A DNA stretch of 37,552 nt from Bacteroidota bacterium (GCA_022571135.1 JACZYK010000001.1:1-37552), one strand, 5' to 3'. Numbered from the stretch's first letter, positions 27,483 to 37,552 are shown. Notes: generated by a model from the letters alone, not told the origin. Numbers and translations: made by a program.

Positions 27483-28757
27483 TTAAACGATCTGAACCAG
27501 TCTGTAATTTTTCTGGCCTTTCCTGAGAACAAGAACCTTTCCCTCGATGCAGTCGGGAATGGTCACTCGCCTCAATTCATCGCTCTGCCTGACGTTGTTC
27601 ATATAGATGCCGCCCGAGCGAATCAGTCTTCTTGCCTCTCCCTTCGACCCCGTCAGACCCGAACCGGTGAGAAGATCGAGAAGGCCGAGTCCCTCCCCGT
27701 CGAACTCTGTACGCTCATAATCCTGCGACGGCACATCTTCGAAGACATCCATGATATCTGTGAATGAGAGCGCGTCCATGGCCTCCCCGAAAAGGACCCG
27801 GGAGGCCCGTTCGGCGCGCTTCAATTCGGTTTCGTCGTGCACCATCGACGTAACGGACGAGGCCAGTGCTCTCTGTGCTTCTCGGCGCTCCGGCGAATCC
27901 CGGACGGATGCTTCCAGTGCGTCTATTTCATCCCGGGTCAACCACGTGAAATATTTTAAAAAGTCCACGACATCCCGATCGTCCGTGTTGAGCCAGAACT
28001 GATAGAACCTGTATGGGGAAGTGCGTTCCGGATCCAGCCACACCGCGCCGGCCTCGGTCTTTCCGAATTTCGCGCCTGCCGAATTGGTGACGAGAGGAAA
28101 AACGAGTCCGTGTACACGGCGGCTCCGCATTTTTCTTATGAGATCGGCGCCGGCCACGATATTTCCCCACTGATCGCTTCCACCCATCTGAAGTGTGCAA
28201 TCGTACTCGTCGCAAAGCTCCAGATAGTCATACGCCTGCAGCATCATGTACGTGAACTCGGTATAGGATATGCCGTCCTCGGCATCGAGTCGACGTTTGA
28301 CGGATTCCTTCGCAAGCATGTAATTCACGGTGAAATACTTACCGACATTACGAAGGAAATCTATCATGCGCAGCGAACCCAGCCAGTCCAGGTTGTTGAC
28401 GACACGCGCCGGATTCGACTTCACATCGAAGTCCAGGAATCGAACCAGCTGCTTCCTGATTCCGTCCAAATTCTCTGCAGCCTGCCGCTCGTCGAGAAGC
28501 TGACGCTCCTGCGTTTTGCCACTGGGATCTCCGATCAGTCCGGTACCGCCACCCGCCAGAGCGATGGGTGAATGGCCGAATCGCTGTAGACGTGCCAGTC
28601 CCATGACGGGGAGAAGAGATCCTACATGCAGACTGGACGCCGTTGGATCGAAGCCGATGTAGGCCGTCAGTTTCTCCTTCGCGAGAATCTCCTTCAGGTC
28701 CGGTGTGGCATCGTATACCATCCCTCGCCATTCGAACTCGTCGTAGATATTGGTGAT
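27483..28757 (-). CDS. tyrS: Tyrosine--tRNA ligase (probable non-canonical ATC start at 28757)
   Basis: YIGFDPTASSLHVGS, GGSDQWGNI, KFGKT and C-terminal S4 domain. The conserved N-terminal NIYDEFEWRG lies upstream of the first ATG (28721). Confidence 0.95.
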   Translation of the reverse strand: MTNIYDEFEWRGMVYDATPDLKEILAKEKLTAYIGFDPTASSLHVGSLLPVMGLARLQRFGHSPIALAGGGTGLIGDPSGKTQERQLLDERQAAENLDGIRKQLVRFLDFDVKSNPARVVNNLDWLGSLRMIDFLRNVGKYFTVNYMLAKESVKRRLDAEDGISYTEFTYMMLQAYDYLELCDEYDCTLQMGGSDQWGNIVAGADLIRKMRSRRVHGLVFPLVTNSAGAKFGKTEAGAVWLDPERTSPYRFYQFWLNTDDRDVVDFLKYFTWLTRDEIDALEASVRDSPERREAQRALASSVTSMVHDETELKRAERASRVLFGEAMDALSFTDIMDVFEDVPSQDYERTEFDGEGLGLLDLLTGSGLTGSKGEARRLIRSGGIYMNNVRQSDELRRVTIPDCIEGKVLVLRKGQKNYRLVQIV

Positions 28758-28853
28758 TGTCTCGATTACCTCGCTTGTCCGGTGGATTTTCGTTTATGCG
28801 GTGGGATCATGGAATCACGCGAATGTAGACCCACGATCGAAAAACCGGTTCCT

Positions 28854-29933
28854 CTACCGATATCGCTCGAGCGTGAACTTCTCGCCCAAATATCGGCGCC
28901 TGACTTCCGGATCGGAAGCAAGCGAGTGGGAGGAACCCTGTTTCAGGATTTTACCTTCGTATAGCAAATAGGCCCGATCAGTGATGGCGAGCGTTTCGTG
29001 GGCGTTATGATCGGTGATCAACACGCCGATACCTCTGGATTTCAGGCCGGCAACGATCCTCTGTATATCTTCGACCGCGATGGGATCAACCCCTGCAAAC
29101 GGCTCGTCGAGCAGGAAGAACTGCGGACGCGTGGCGAGAGCTCGAGCGATTTCCGTCCGCCGTCTCTCGCCACCGGACAGCGTGTAACCACGAGATCGCC
29201 GTACTCTCTCCAGACCGAATTCCACGATCAGACTCTCCACGCGCTCCCGCCTCTCCGATTTGGACAAGGGCTGATATTCCAGAACTGCATTCAGATTATC
29301 TTCTACACTCAGCTGAGAGAAGATGGATGCTTCCTGCGCCAGATATCCGATTCCTCTCCTTGCGCGCTTATACATCGGCAGCGAGGTGATGTCTTCCTCA
29401 CCCAGATGGACGCTGCCCCCGTCCGGTCGAATCATTCCGACGATCATGTAGAATGTCGTCGTTTTCCCGGCACCGTTGGGACCCAGGAGCCCGACAATTT
29501 CGCCTTGTCTGACTTGAAGTTCAATGGCCTTGACGACAGCACGCTTCTTATATCTTTTGACCAGATTGACCGCGCGCAGAACAACCGCCCCGTCCTTTAC
29601 CGTCGATTCAACGACTCCCTCGTCATTCACTCCCGGTATCTGTAAACGACCGGACGAAACGTCCTCGATCGATTTGAGGAAAGGATCGAAGAACTTCTTT
29701 TCCTGCTCCAAAGTCGACAGAAGGGGGCTATTCGGGATCATCCGGTAGGCCTGCCGCCAAGCAAGTACCGACTTCTCCTCTTGCCGAGAATACTCGTAGG
29801 CCTGCGCCAGCAGAACGTGCGCGATCACATAGGTGGGCACCTGTTCGATCACTTTTTCGAGGATAGGGATTGCCGCTTCCGGCTCGCCCTTCTTGAAGTG
29901 ATCCAGTGCGCTTTCGATTTCAGAAATGGCCAT
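28854..29933 (-). CDS. lptB: LPS export ABC transporter ATPase LptB with an N-terminal TPR-like extension
   Basis: [60 protein letters not shown] and ITDHN, preceded by an extra ~115-aa helical N-terminus. Confidence 0.92.
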   Translation of the reverse strand: MAISEIESALDHFKKGEPEAAIPILEKVIEQVPTYVIAHVLLAQAYEYSRQEEKSVLAWRQAYRMIPNSPLLSTLEQEKKFFDPFLKSIEDVSSGRLQIPGVNDEGVVESTVKDGAVVLRAVNLVKRYKKRAVVKAIELQVRQGEIVGLLGPNGAGKTTTFYMIVGMIRPDGGSVHLGEEDITSLPMYKRARRGIGYLAQEASIFSQLSVEDNLNAVLEYQPLSKSERRERVESLIVEFGLERVRRSRGYTLSGGERRRTEIARALATRPQFFLLDEPFAGVDPIAVEDIQRIVAGLKSRGIGVLITDHNAHETLAITDRAYLLYEGKILKQGSSHSLASDPEVRRRYLGEKFTLERYR

Positions 29934-29966
29934 GTTAACTGCTTCCGAAAATCAATTGGACGAACT

Positions 29967-31496
29967 TTATTTTGCGTCCTCTACCGATGACGATGAGCGT
30001 TTCTGCCTGCCGGCATTGAGGGCGGCAAGTCTCGCGTTCAGCATTTGCAGCATCATCTTTCTGTCGGGCTTCCTTTCAGGGGTCCACACAAAACCGGTCA
30101 GGCTCTCTGCCTGATCGACCAGGTTTTCCGGATAATAGGTTCCTTCTACACCCGCGAACACGCCAATATCTGAAACTTCGCCGTTGTCAAACGTGAACAC
30201 GATTCGATCGGCCGAAGCGCGAATCGCTCCAATGAGTTGGTTCTCATCACCGGTCATGAAATATAAGGCCTCGGCATTCGGACTGACGCTCAGTGTGCGC
30301 AGACTGTCCGACGAGAAATGGGCGACCAGACTTCTTCCGCGTACCTGCTGGATTCGGTTCAACGTCGAATCCTCGCTGGCGACGAAGACATTCCCGACCG
30401 CATTGAGGGAGTCGAGACCGCACCCGTGCCCGGCCGTACTCAGGCTGTCCGAAGAGATCTGAGTGTTTTCCAGCCAGGCCATGGCATTGCCGAACATGCG
30501 AGTGCTCAGGCGTTCATCTTCATCCGAGCCGACACTGTCGAAGACGAGCGAATCACCTGTGACGGAAAACTTCTCCTCGACCACAGATACGGAGTCGATC
30601 GCGATCAGGCGTTCCGATTCTGCCATCCGTGTCAGAATCATCGTTCGGGCCTCAATCAGGAGCGAGTCGGTTGCTGTGCTGTCCGAACGTATCTGAAGGA
30701 GCATTACGCCTCCGGAAACGTGACTGGAGTCTGTTTGTCCGTCATGAAAAACGCGGTGACCAAAAAGCAGGGTTCGATCTGGATTTGATCCTTCGGTTAG
30801 TTCGGGAAATTGAAGCGAATCCGGCCTGAAAGGTTCAGCGCCGACACTTGAACGCGCCAATCGGAAAACAAATACATTTCCTATAGCCCAGGTTCTTTCT
30901 GATTCTCTCTCGTAAACGACCGAATCAGCCTCGACGTATAGGTCGGCCTGGGCAAGGCGCACGTTACCCGTAAATTCGGCTCGGGACTCCTCGGACCAGT
31001 ACACACCTCGATCGCTCTCCAGAACCGTCAGACTGTCTACCATCGAAACCCCGGAATCAAATACTGCTCTCTTTTCCCGTGTGTAATAGAGCGTAGAGGC
31101 AGACTTGAGTTGAACCTGTCCATCCATAAGGCGCACATTTCCGGACGCCCTCCCGATTTTGGTCTCCTTGTCATAACGTACCACATCCGCGTAGATCGTA
31201 TCTCCGCGCTCGATGATCCGGACGTTTCCTTCGAACAGATATCCTTTCGGTCCCTCGTCCCGCATGCTCGCGGCCCTGAGATAGGTCTCCCCCTGCTTCA
31301 GCCTTGCATTGACTGCCAGAAACGTCTCGACCCCGTCGATCACGGCTCCTGCCAGTGAATCGAACTCGATGGATACCTCACGCCTGCGATCCGCCTCCTG
31401 AGCGTTTCCGACGGACGCCATTGCTCCCAACCACATTAGGCCCATAAATAGAACAGCCCGGCGCCCTGCAGTGTTGGGCCTATTACCTGTCGTCAT
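29967..31496 (-). CDS. OstA/LptA-like periplasmic beta-jellyroll protein
   Basis: Signal peptide and repeated beta-rich ..GNV.. motifs. Lies between lptC and lptB. Confidence 0.75.
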   Translation of the reverse strand: MTTGNRPNTAGRRAVLFMGLMWLGAMASVGNAQEADRRREVSIEFDSLAGAVIDGVETFLAVNARLKQGETYLRAASMRDEGPKGYLFEGNVRIIERGDTIYADVVRYDKETKIGRASGNVRLMDGQVQLKSASTLYYTREKRAVFDSGVSMVDSLTVLESDRGVYWSEESRAEFTGNVRLAQADLYVEADSVVYERESERTWAIGNVFVFRLARSSVGAEPFRPDSLQFPELTEGSNPDRTLLFGHRVFHDGQTDSSHVSGGVMLLQIRSDSTATDSLLIEARTMILTRMAESERLIAIDSVSVVEEKFSVTGDSLVFDSVGSDEDERLSTRMFGNAMAWLENTQISSDSLSTAGHGCGLDSLNAVGNVFVASEDSTLNRIQQVRGRSLVAHFSSDSLRTLSVSPNAEALYFMTGDENQLIGAIRASADRIVFTFDNGEVSDIGVFAGVEGTYYPENLVDQAESLTGFVWTPERKPDRKMMLQMLNARLAALNAGRQKRSSSSVEDAK

Positions 31497-32095
31497 CCCT
31501 CGTCCGGAATAATGGTTCCGGTAACCCGAGTCAGCTGAAAGGAGGAAAGATCCTCGGCCGCCACCAGCCCGTAACCGCTGACGTCCCGATTGGGAGAAAT
31601 AATTCTGACAAATCCGGGGGTCCTCACTTTTCTATCGATCTCGGTCCAGGCCAGGTGTTCACTCTCGAGACGCTTGTCGTCCTGGGTTATGACGATAACG
31701 TCTCCTCTGGCCACAAACCTTCGTTCCCTGTCGTAGTACGTCAACATGTCCGAGTAAACGACGGCCGAAGAATCTCCATCTGCGCCGAACAGATCCACGC
31801 GAACCCGCTCACTCGAACCATCTTCGCCGGTCAGCACCATATAGGAGCTGTCCGGTCTGTCGTACCGGGCCATATAACTTGCGGCAAGATGAATCAGGGG
31901 CCTTCCATCCTCACTAATCACGAGTATGGGTGACCACGTCTCCTGATCCGGGGCCTCCTCGGCCCGCAGCGTCGCCATGGAAACCGGAGACCTCCGCGAC
32001 CCACATCCCACGCAGGTTGTAAACAATAGGAATCCGATACAGATCTGACGTCGCATGCTTGGACAGGGCAGTGCAGTATGTATTTGTGCGGGCAT
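31493..32095 (-). CDS. lptC: LPS export periplasmic protein LptC
   Basis: Lipoprotein-like N-terminus, ARGDVIV, LESEHLAW, VRTPGFVRI and GYGL, in an lptCAB arrangement. Start uncertain. Confidence 0.8.
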   Translation of the reverse strand: MPAQIHTALPCPSMRRQICIGFLLFTTCVGCGSRRSPVSMATLRAEEAPDQETWSPILVISEDGRPLIHLAASYMARYDRPDSSYMVLTGEDGSSERVRVDLFGADGDSSAVVYSDMLTYYDRERRFVARGDVIVITQDDKRLESEHLAWTEIDRKVRTPGFVRIISPNRDVSGYGLVAAEDLSSFQLTRVTGTIIPDEG

Positions 32096-32113
32096 GATAC
32101 GCGAGAAATGGGA

Positions 32114-32809
32114 TTAAATCCCCACGGTTTCACCGGATAAAACGATGGCCTCCGACGCATGAGCGTCCTCGCCGCACATGGCCAGCAGTACTCGAAATTC
32201 GGTGACTATTTCTTCGAGGGATCCCATCGGGCCGTCGGTCAGTGGCGCGTACACGATTGCTGCCACGTTCCGACTCCGGTCAGAGGTCTTCGTTTTCACG
32301 CTGTCCTTGATCGGACTCACGAGGGGCACACCCGACAGATCGTTCCCGTCTATCCCGCATCCGATAACGAGATCCCTGAGCGCAATCGACTGCTGCGCAT
32401 CGTTGAACTCGTACGACTCGTCTTCTCTACCCAATCGCACGACAAAACGATGAGTTCGGGCTCGATCGATATCCCAGATGGAAACGGGCATAAGAGAATA
32501 CAGGCTGATGTAATTACAGATATCGACGATCGTGTTAATTCGCGGAAATCCGTCCTCGGACGCCGCCCGAAGGAGGTACTCGCTGGCCGGTTTTCCCCTA
32601 CCGGTGGGCTTGTACCGTCCATTTCGGAGAATATCGCGGACAGATCGCCTCCGGGCATCCTCTTCTTCGATAAGACCGCCCCGACGACTCTTCAACACCC
32701 GATCCAGCCGCGACTCCATCTCTATCGGGCATTTTCGAGCGTCCATATTTTCAGCCGCTACGACACCCAGACGCATCGATTCTGGTCCGTTATGAGTGAT
32801 ACTGATCAT
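32114..32809 (-). CDS. B3/B4 (PheRS beta editing-like) domain protein
   Basis: YKPTGRGKPASEYLLR, FPRINTIVDICNYISL...PVSIWD and DS..TKT. Confidence 0.85.
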   Translation of the reverse strand: MISITHNGPESMRLGVVAAENMDARKCPIEMESRLDRVLKSRRGGLIEEEDARRRSVRDILRNGRYKPTGRGKPASEYLLRAASEDGFPRINTIVDICNYISLYSLMPVSIWDIDRARTHRFVVRLGREDESYEFNDAQQSIALRDLVIGCGIDGNDLSGVPLVSPIKDSVKTKTSDRSRNVAAIVYAPLTDGPMGSLEEIVTEFRVLLAMCGEDAHASEAIVLSGETVGI

Positions 32810-33071
32810 CAGAGATTCGCAAAAGAATCCCAAAACGTCCCTGGAATACATCCAAATACAGCCGATATCATATTCTGAGAGGCCTCGAAATCGTATATTT
32901 CGAACGATGGCTCAGGCCCGGAGTTTTATGATGATTAGTATCGGGTAAACTTTTTCGCTCAGAGGCGAAAACCTGCGTTTAGTGGCTTTAGGTCCTATCA
33001 AGATAGCCGATAATCTTTCACAGATATTGCGTGTAAAACAAACCCCTATTACGGCCATGCAAGCCACAGCA

Positions 33072-33410
33072 ATGAATTTCTTCGTTGAACCGGTCACTCA
33101 CGACACCGCAGTCATCAGAATCGGAAAGGCCCTCGATTTCCGTAACGCTGCGGAATTCAAGACCACTGCACAGGATCAGGTGCACGCAGGTGTCAGGAAT
33201 TTCATCCTGGACTTCACGGACACGGGCATCCTGGATTCAACCGGCCTCGGTTCTGTCTTTTCCCTGTACAGACAGGTATCGCCGCTGAGTGGCCAGGTTG
33301 TTTTTGCCTCTGTTTCCCGACCCGTTCAGGTCGTTGTTCAGCTGACTCGTACCTATAAGGTATTCCGTCAATTCCCGACGGTCGATGCAGCACGAGATGC
33401 GATCCGTTAG
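33072..33410 (+). CDS. STAS-domain anti-sigma-factor antagonist (RsbV/SpoIIAA-like)
   Basis: LDFRNAAEFK and ILDFTDTGILDSTGLG with the conserved phospho-Ser. Alternative ATG at 33057. Confidence 0.9.
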   Translation: MNFFVEPVTHDTAVIRIGKALDFRNAAEFKTTAQDQVHAGVRNFILDFTDTGILDSTGLGSVFSLYRQVSPLSGQVVFASVSRPVQVVVQLTRTYKVFRQFPTVDAARDAIR

Positions 33411-33447
33411 TAAACACCAACGTCGTTTACGAGGACCCAGAGGTGTG

Positions 33448-33900
33448 ATGGAAGTCACGCGTCAGCGCTTCAGAAAGCTCGACGGGATCATCGATGATTT
33501 GCACGACACGTTCAAGTCGTGGGAATCCGACGGTGCACTCTCCCCGCAACTGGACCCTGATACGATCCAGCTGATGAAGCTTGCCGTACACGAGTGGATC
33601 GCCAATCTTGTGCAGCACGCCGATTTCGAGGGTCGAGATCCCGACATCACTCTCGAAGTGTTTCCCAATGATAGAAGCCTTCGATGCGTGATCCATGACA
33701 ATTCGACGGGATTTGAACCTTCGCGTCATCTGCTGCGTCGCATGCGGGAACTCGAGCCGCTCCCCGAGCGGGGGATGGGCTTGTTGATGCTCAACGCGGC
33801 AACGGAGTACTTCGAGTACTCCAGATCCAAGAACGGACCGCACAAACTTGAGTTCTCAGTTTCATCAGATCTTGACCCATGGCTGAATATTCCATTTTAG
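33448..33900 (+). CDS. Anti-sigma factor / serine kinase (RsbW/SpoIIAB-like HATPase)
   Basis: N-box LAVHEWIANLVQHA, IHDNSTGF and ERGMGLLML. Confidence 0.87.
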   Translation: MEVTRQRFRKLDGIIDDLHDTFKSWESDGALSPQLDPDTIQLMKLAVHEWIANLVQHADFEGRDPDITLEVFPNDRSLRCVIHDNSTGFEPSRHLLRRMRELEPLPERGMGLLMLNAATEYFEYSRSKNGPHKLEFSVSSDLDPWLNIPF

Positions 33901-35051
33901 TAGTCGAAGACGAGCATACGCTGCGTCGGCTTCTCGAATACCGACTCGGGAAGCTCTATACCGTTCGTACCGCTGCGAACGGGGAAGAGGCCTTGGAAAA
34001 AATCGCGGAAGAACTCCCGCAGTTGATCATCTCGGATATCATGATGCCGAAGATGGACGGCTTCGCCCTCCAGACGGCATTGCAGGAGCGAAAAGATACA
34101 CGTGCCATTCCCTTTATCTTCCTGACGGCGAAAGCCGACGAGGCGAGCCGGCTGAAGGGACTGCGCACCGGCGTCGACGATTATATAACGAAGCCGTTCG
34201 ATTTGGATCAGCTACTCTCGCGCGTTGAGCGCCTGCTCGATCGCACGAAGATGTTCCAAACGCAGCTCGACGCACGCATTGGCAAGGACTTCTCTCGCAA
34301 ACTCATGCCAAAGCGGCTTCCGGATGTCGCCGGCTATCGGACACTGTTCTACAACAGTCCGCGGGATCACGGCGGAGGTGACATTTTCGACTGGACGGAA
34401 TTCCGTCCGGGCAGTTACTTCATCACGATCGGTGATGTGATGGGCAAGGGGCTTCAGGCCAAGTTCTACGCCTTCAGCTTCCTCGGATATATTCGTAGCA
34501 CGCTTCATACGATGATGCACACTACAAATTCTCCCGCCGAACTGATGAAGCGTGTCAACCAGGCATTGATGGGTGATGCCACGCTGGATGACACGTTCGC
34601 TTCTCTCCTCCTGCTTCGTTGGGAGCCGGCGAAGAATATGATCACGTACGCAAATGCCGGACACTGTCGTCCCGTACTGACAGGACCCCGAGGCTCCGAA
34701 ATACTCACCCACTCGGACATCATCCTCGGACTGGACCAGAATGCCCAATTCAAGGACACGTCGCTGGTGTTGAATCCGGGCTCGGGGATCGTCGCCTATA
34801 CCGATGGAATCCTCGAGCAGCGCATGAAATCCGGCGAACAGCTGGGTGAAGAAGGCATCATCGAGACGGTCGAATCCGCCTACGGATCAGCAGAACCGGT
34901 GGAACGGATGATCGATAGCGTCCTCGATGACTCCGAAACGCGTGAATTCGGTGACGACGTTCTCATTTTCTGGCTGCAGAGACTAGCAGTGCGAGAGCAT
35001 CGCGAACCCCGCTGGTTCTCTCCTTTCACTGATGTCTCTGAAGGTGCTTGA
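33879..35051 (+). CDS. Response-regulator receiver + PP2C/SpoIIE phosphatase (RsbU/RsbY-like)
   Basis: REC domain (VVEDE, SDIMMPKMDG, ITKPF) and PP2C motifs GGDIFD, GDVMGKG, NAGH, YTDG and GDD. Confidence 0.92.
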   Translation: MAEYSILVVEDEHTLRRLLEYRLGKLYTVRTAANGEEALEKIAEELPQLIISDIMMPKMDGFALQTALQERKDTRAIPFIFLTAKADEASRLKGLRTGVDDYITKPFDLDQLLSRVERLLDRTKMFQTQLDARIGKDFSRKLMPKRLPDVAGYRTLFYNSPRDHGGGDIFDWTEFRPGSYFITIGDVMGKGLQAKFYAFSFLGYIRSTLHTMMHTTNSPAELMKRVNQALMGDATLDDTFASLLLLRWEPAKNMITYANAGHCRPVLTGPRGSEILTHSDIILGLDQNAQFKDTSLVLNPGSGIVAYTDGILEQRMKSGEQLGEEGIIETVESAYGSAEPVERMIDSVLDDSETREFGDDVLIFWLQRLAVREHREPRWFSPFTDVSEGA

Positions 35052-35241
35052 GCAAATCGCCAGGCGCGGCTGATCGCGCACCACGCCCGATCCCGTTCAA
35101 CGTTCACCGTTTCATCCTGTCGACATCGAGTCCCGATCTCCAGGATGGTTTCGTCCGCTCATCCATTGACGAATAAGTCCCTTGTTCCAAGGCGCAACCC
35201 GGCATTCCTTACAGAGAGGAAATCCAACTTGGATGTGGGCC

Positions 35242-35727
35242 ATGAATCGATCCTCAGCAATGCTCGTCGCCGTTATTGTTTTCGGCGTGGCCGGATGCCA
35301 AGACATCAGCTCCGAGCATGATGAAGACCCGATCATAGCGCTGCCAGAAAAATAGGTGGCGTTCGACCAACGGTTCGAGGTGGGTCTGGGCGAGAGGGTG
35401 GTTTTAGAAAATACGGGCACGGAAATCACCTTCTCTGCGGTTACCCACGATTACCGCTGTCCCTGCGATGTCCAGTGCATTCAAGCAGGCGAGGCCGGAA
35501 TCGTTTTGACCGTAACGGACAGTCTCGGTAATGATTCGCAGGTTTTTATTACCATTCCCGGACTTATTCTGACGCCCTATCGGGCCGATGATGCCACGGG
35601 CCATGGAAACCGGCATTTTCGACTCATGCGTTTGAACCCTTATCCGAATACCGGCCAGGACCAGAGTGTACAGGACTATCGCGCTCTCATGATGATCGAA
35701 TCCGTGTTGGACGATCGGGGCGTGTGA
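35242..35727 (+). pseudogene. Lipoprotein gene interrupted by an in-frame TAG at 35353-35355
   Basis: MNRSSAMLVAVIVFGVAGC lipobox is in frame with the downstream DYRCPCDVQCIQAGEA domain, with a single TAG between them. Confidence 0.7.
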
Positions 35728-35777
35728 TTCACACATTTTTCCCTGCCTTTTCGAGAAAGATTGCCGTCCAGTCCGTT

Positions 35778-35785
35778 TATCTTTG
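35778..35785 (+). promoter_or_regulatory. Bacteroidota-type -7 promoter element upstream of ndk
   Basis: TATCTTTG (TAnnTTTG) about 70 nt upstream of the ATG. Confidence 0.5.
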
Positions 35786-35854
35786 CGCGCTCGTGACCGG
35801 ATCACTATGATTTGGTCTGAAACCGTAGAGACATCATCAATTCCGATTCGCGAT

Positions 35855-36286
35855 ATGGCGGTGGAACGAACACTTGCGATTCTCAAACCGGACTGTGTCC
35901 ACAAAAATCTCGTCGGCGAAGTAATCCGTAGAATTCAGGACGCCGGTTTTTCCATTCGAGCCCTCCGGATGGTTCGCCTTTCAAAAGCGGAGGCAGAAGG
36001 ATTTTACGCCGTTCACAAGGAGCAACCTTTTTTTGGAGACCTGACGGACTTCATGTCGAGTGGCCCGTGTGTGTTGATCGTCCTCGAAAAACAAGATGCG
36101 GTATCGGATTTCCGTCTCCTCATCGGAGCCACGGATCCTTCGCAAGCCGATGCCGGAACGATCCGTCATGATTTCGCCGAATCGAAAGGACAGAACATCG
36201 TCCATGGGTCCGACTCCTCTAAAAACGGCTTGAGTGAATCAAATTATTTCTTTGCTGATCTCGAAATGGTCGGTAACGCCGACTAG
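35855..36286 (+). CDS. ndk: Nucleoside diphosphate kinase
   Basis: [25 protein letters not shown] and NIVHGSDS with the catalytic His. Confidence 0.97.
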   Translation: MAVERTLAILKPDCVHKNLVGEVIRRIQDAGFSIRALRMVRLSKAEAEGFYAVHKEQPFFGDLTDFMSSGPCVLIVLEKQDAVSDFRLLIGATDPSQADAGTIRHDFAESKGQNIVHGSDSSKNGLSESNYFFADLEMVGNAD

Positions 36287-37541
36287 GTTCGGCGTGCTCG
36301 TTGTCCTCGTTGCTACACTTTTTTCAGCGTGCGCCGAGCGGGCAGACGATCCGAACGTCGCGTTCGTCGAGACCGGCGCGCGTATACTGGTCGACGGGGG
36401 GTTCGAGCCCCTTCGTGGAAAGCGCGTGGGCCTGATCACAAACCAGTCGGCGCGCGTAGACTCAGTCCACCTGATCGATGCGCTGTTGTCCTCTCCGGAC
36501 GTGGAACTCCTTGCCCTTTTCGGACCCGAACACGGAATCCGGGGCGATGTAGAAGACGGCGCTGCCATCAAGAGCGGCGCGGATTCCATCATGGGAATTC
36601 CCGTCTACAGTCTGTACGGATCGACCCGGGCGCCCGAACCGGAGACGCTCGAGAATCTGGATGTAATCGTGTTCGACATCCAGGATGTCGGAGCGCGTTT
36701 CTACACGTTCATCTCTACGATGGGGTACTCCATGCAGGCAGCGGCCAGAGCGGGGATTCCGTTTATGGTGCTCGACCGCCCCAATCCGCTCGGAGGCACA
36801 CGGATTGACGGCTTCGTCCTGGATACGCTTCACCAGTCGTTCGTCGGACTCTATCCAATTCCGGTCCAACACGGAATGACCGTGGGAGAACTGGCGACGA
36901 TGATCAAAGGGGAGAGCTTTCTGGAGGACCTGGAAGATCTGGATCTTGTTATCATTGGGATGAAGGGATGGCGCAGGAAAATGATCTGGCCCGACACCGG
37001 GCTGCCATGGACTCCGACGAGTCCGAATATTCCGAACTTCGAGACCGCCCTGGTCTATCCGGGCATGTGTTTTTTTGAGGGCACGGTGGTGAGCGAGGGA
37101 CGCGGTACGGACGCGCCGTTCCTCACGATTGGAGCGCCCTGGCTGGACGCCCTCCGCGCCGCCCGGGAACTCAACACGATGGGATTGCCAGGCGTCCGGT
37201 TTTCTGCCGAGGACGTCAGACCAAGAAGCATCCCGGGCGTCTCGGACAGTCCTAAGTTTGAGGACGAGGCTATCCACGCTATCAGGGTCCATCTCACGAA
37301 TCCGCGCTCGTACGCTCCGCTCCCCACTGGAATCGCCGTTCTTAGCGCGGTGTACAGATTCAGTCCGGATGCCGAGCGAGCCTCCTTTTTCAAGCCGAGA
37401 TGGCTGAGCCTGCTCGCCGGCACGGACCGGTTGCACGAGGCCCTTCTCAGGGGCGACCCTCCGATGGATATAACGATGTCGTGGACCGAGGAAGTGGCGG
37501 CGTTCGGCGCGCGTAGAAAGAGGTATCTCCGCTACGATTGA
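36234..37541 (+). CDS. namZ: Exo-beta-N-acetylmuramidase NamZ / DUF1343 family lipoprotein
   Basis: LFSAC lipobox, [46 protein letters not shown] and SEGRGT. Start uncertain. Confidence 0.88.
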   Translation: MNQIISLLISKWSVTPTRFGVLVVLVATLFSACAERADDPNVAFVETGARILVDGGFEPLRGKRVGLITNQSARVDSVHLIDALLSSPDVELLALFGPEHGIRGDVEDGAAIKSGADSIMGIPVYSLYGSTRAPEPETLENLDVIVFDIQDVGARFYTFISTMGYSMQAAARAGIPFMVLDRPNPLGGTRIDGFVLDTLHQSFVGLYPIPVQHGMTVGELATMIKGESFLEDLEDLDLVIIGMKGWRRKMIWPDTGLPWTPTSPNIPNFETALVYPGMCFFEGTVVSEGRGTDAPFLTIGAPWLDALRAARELNTMGLPGVRFSAEDVRPRSIPGVSDSPKFEDEAIHAIRVHLTNPRSYAPLPTGIAVLSAVYRFSPDAERASFFKPRWLSLLAGTDRLHEALLRGDPPMDITMSWTEEVAAFGARRKRYLRYD

Positions 37542-37552
37542 CCTCGCGCAAA

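Noticed and set aside
36462..37436. Long antisense or alternate-frame ORFs over real genes (e.g. 36462-37436 -, 17128-18039 -, 4693-5436 +, 32159-32878 +)
   Set aside because: These are shadow ORFs typical of GC-rich coding sequence, with no motifs, overlapping confidently assigned genes

Overview
Mostly a core-chromosome segment, probably from a Rhodothermales/Bacteroidota-type bacterium (inferred from the parA-parB-DUF5683 order, TAnnTTTG promoter motifs and protein character). Housekeeping genes: radA, rpiA, two MacB-like permeases, a GNAT, a UvrD/PcrA helicase, parAB, an SPT-like/ceramide-synthase-like lipid locus, rhomboid, ECF sigma, USP, dsbD, rpsF-rpsR-rplI, prfA, glmS, aroF, tyrS, lptCAB, an RsbV/W/U-like partner-switching module, ndk and namZ. 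The standout is an apparently unannotated ~1.07-kb non-coding transcription unit on the minus strand (~16480 to ~15409). It has a perfect TTGACA-N17-TATAAT promoter and an intrinsic terminator, its 5' and 3' ends can pair, and it carries many GNRA/UUCG hairpins, about 34 strand-specific GGAA motifs and seven tandem 48-nt hairpin modules with compensatory base changes. It is a candidate novel large structured RNA, possibly a multivalent protein sponge or scaffold. Also seen: a dispersed MITE-like family, a probable ATC start for tyrS, a TPR-LptB fusion, an amber-interrupted lipoprotein gene, a DtxR-like palindrome upstream of the SPT-like gene and a phage-like fragment at the left edge. All calls were made by eye; no searches or folding programs were run.
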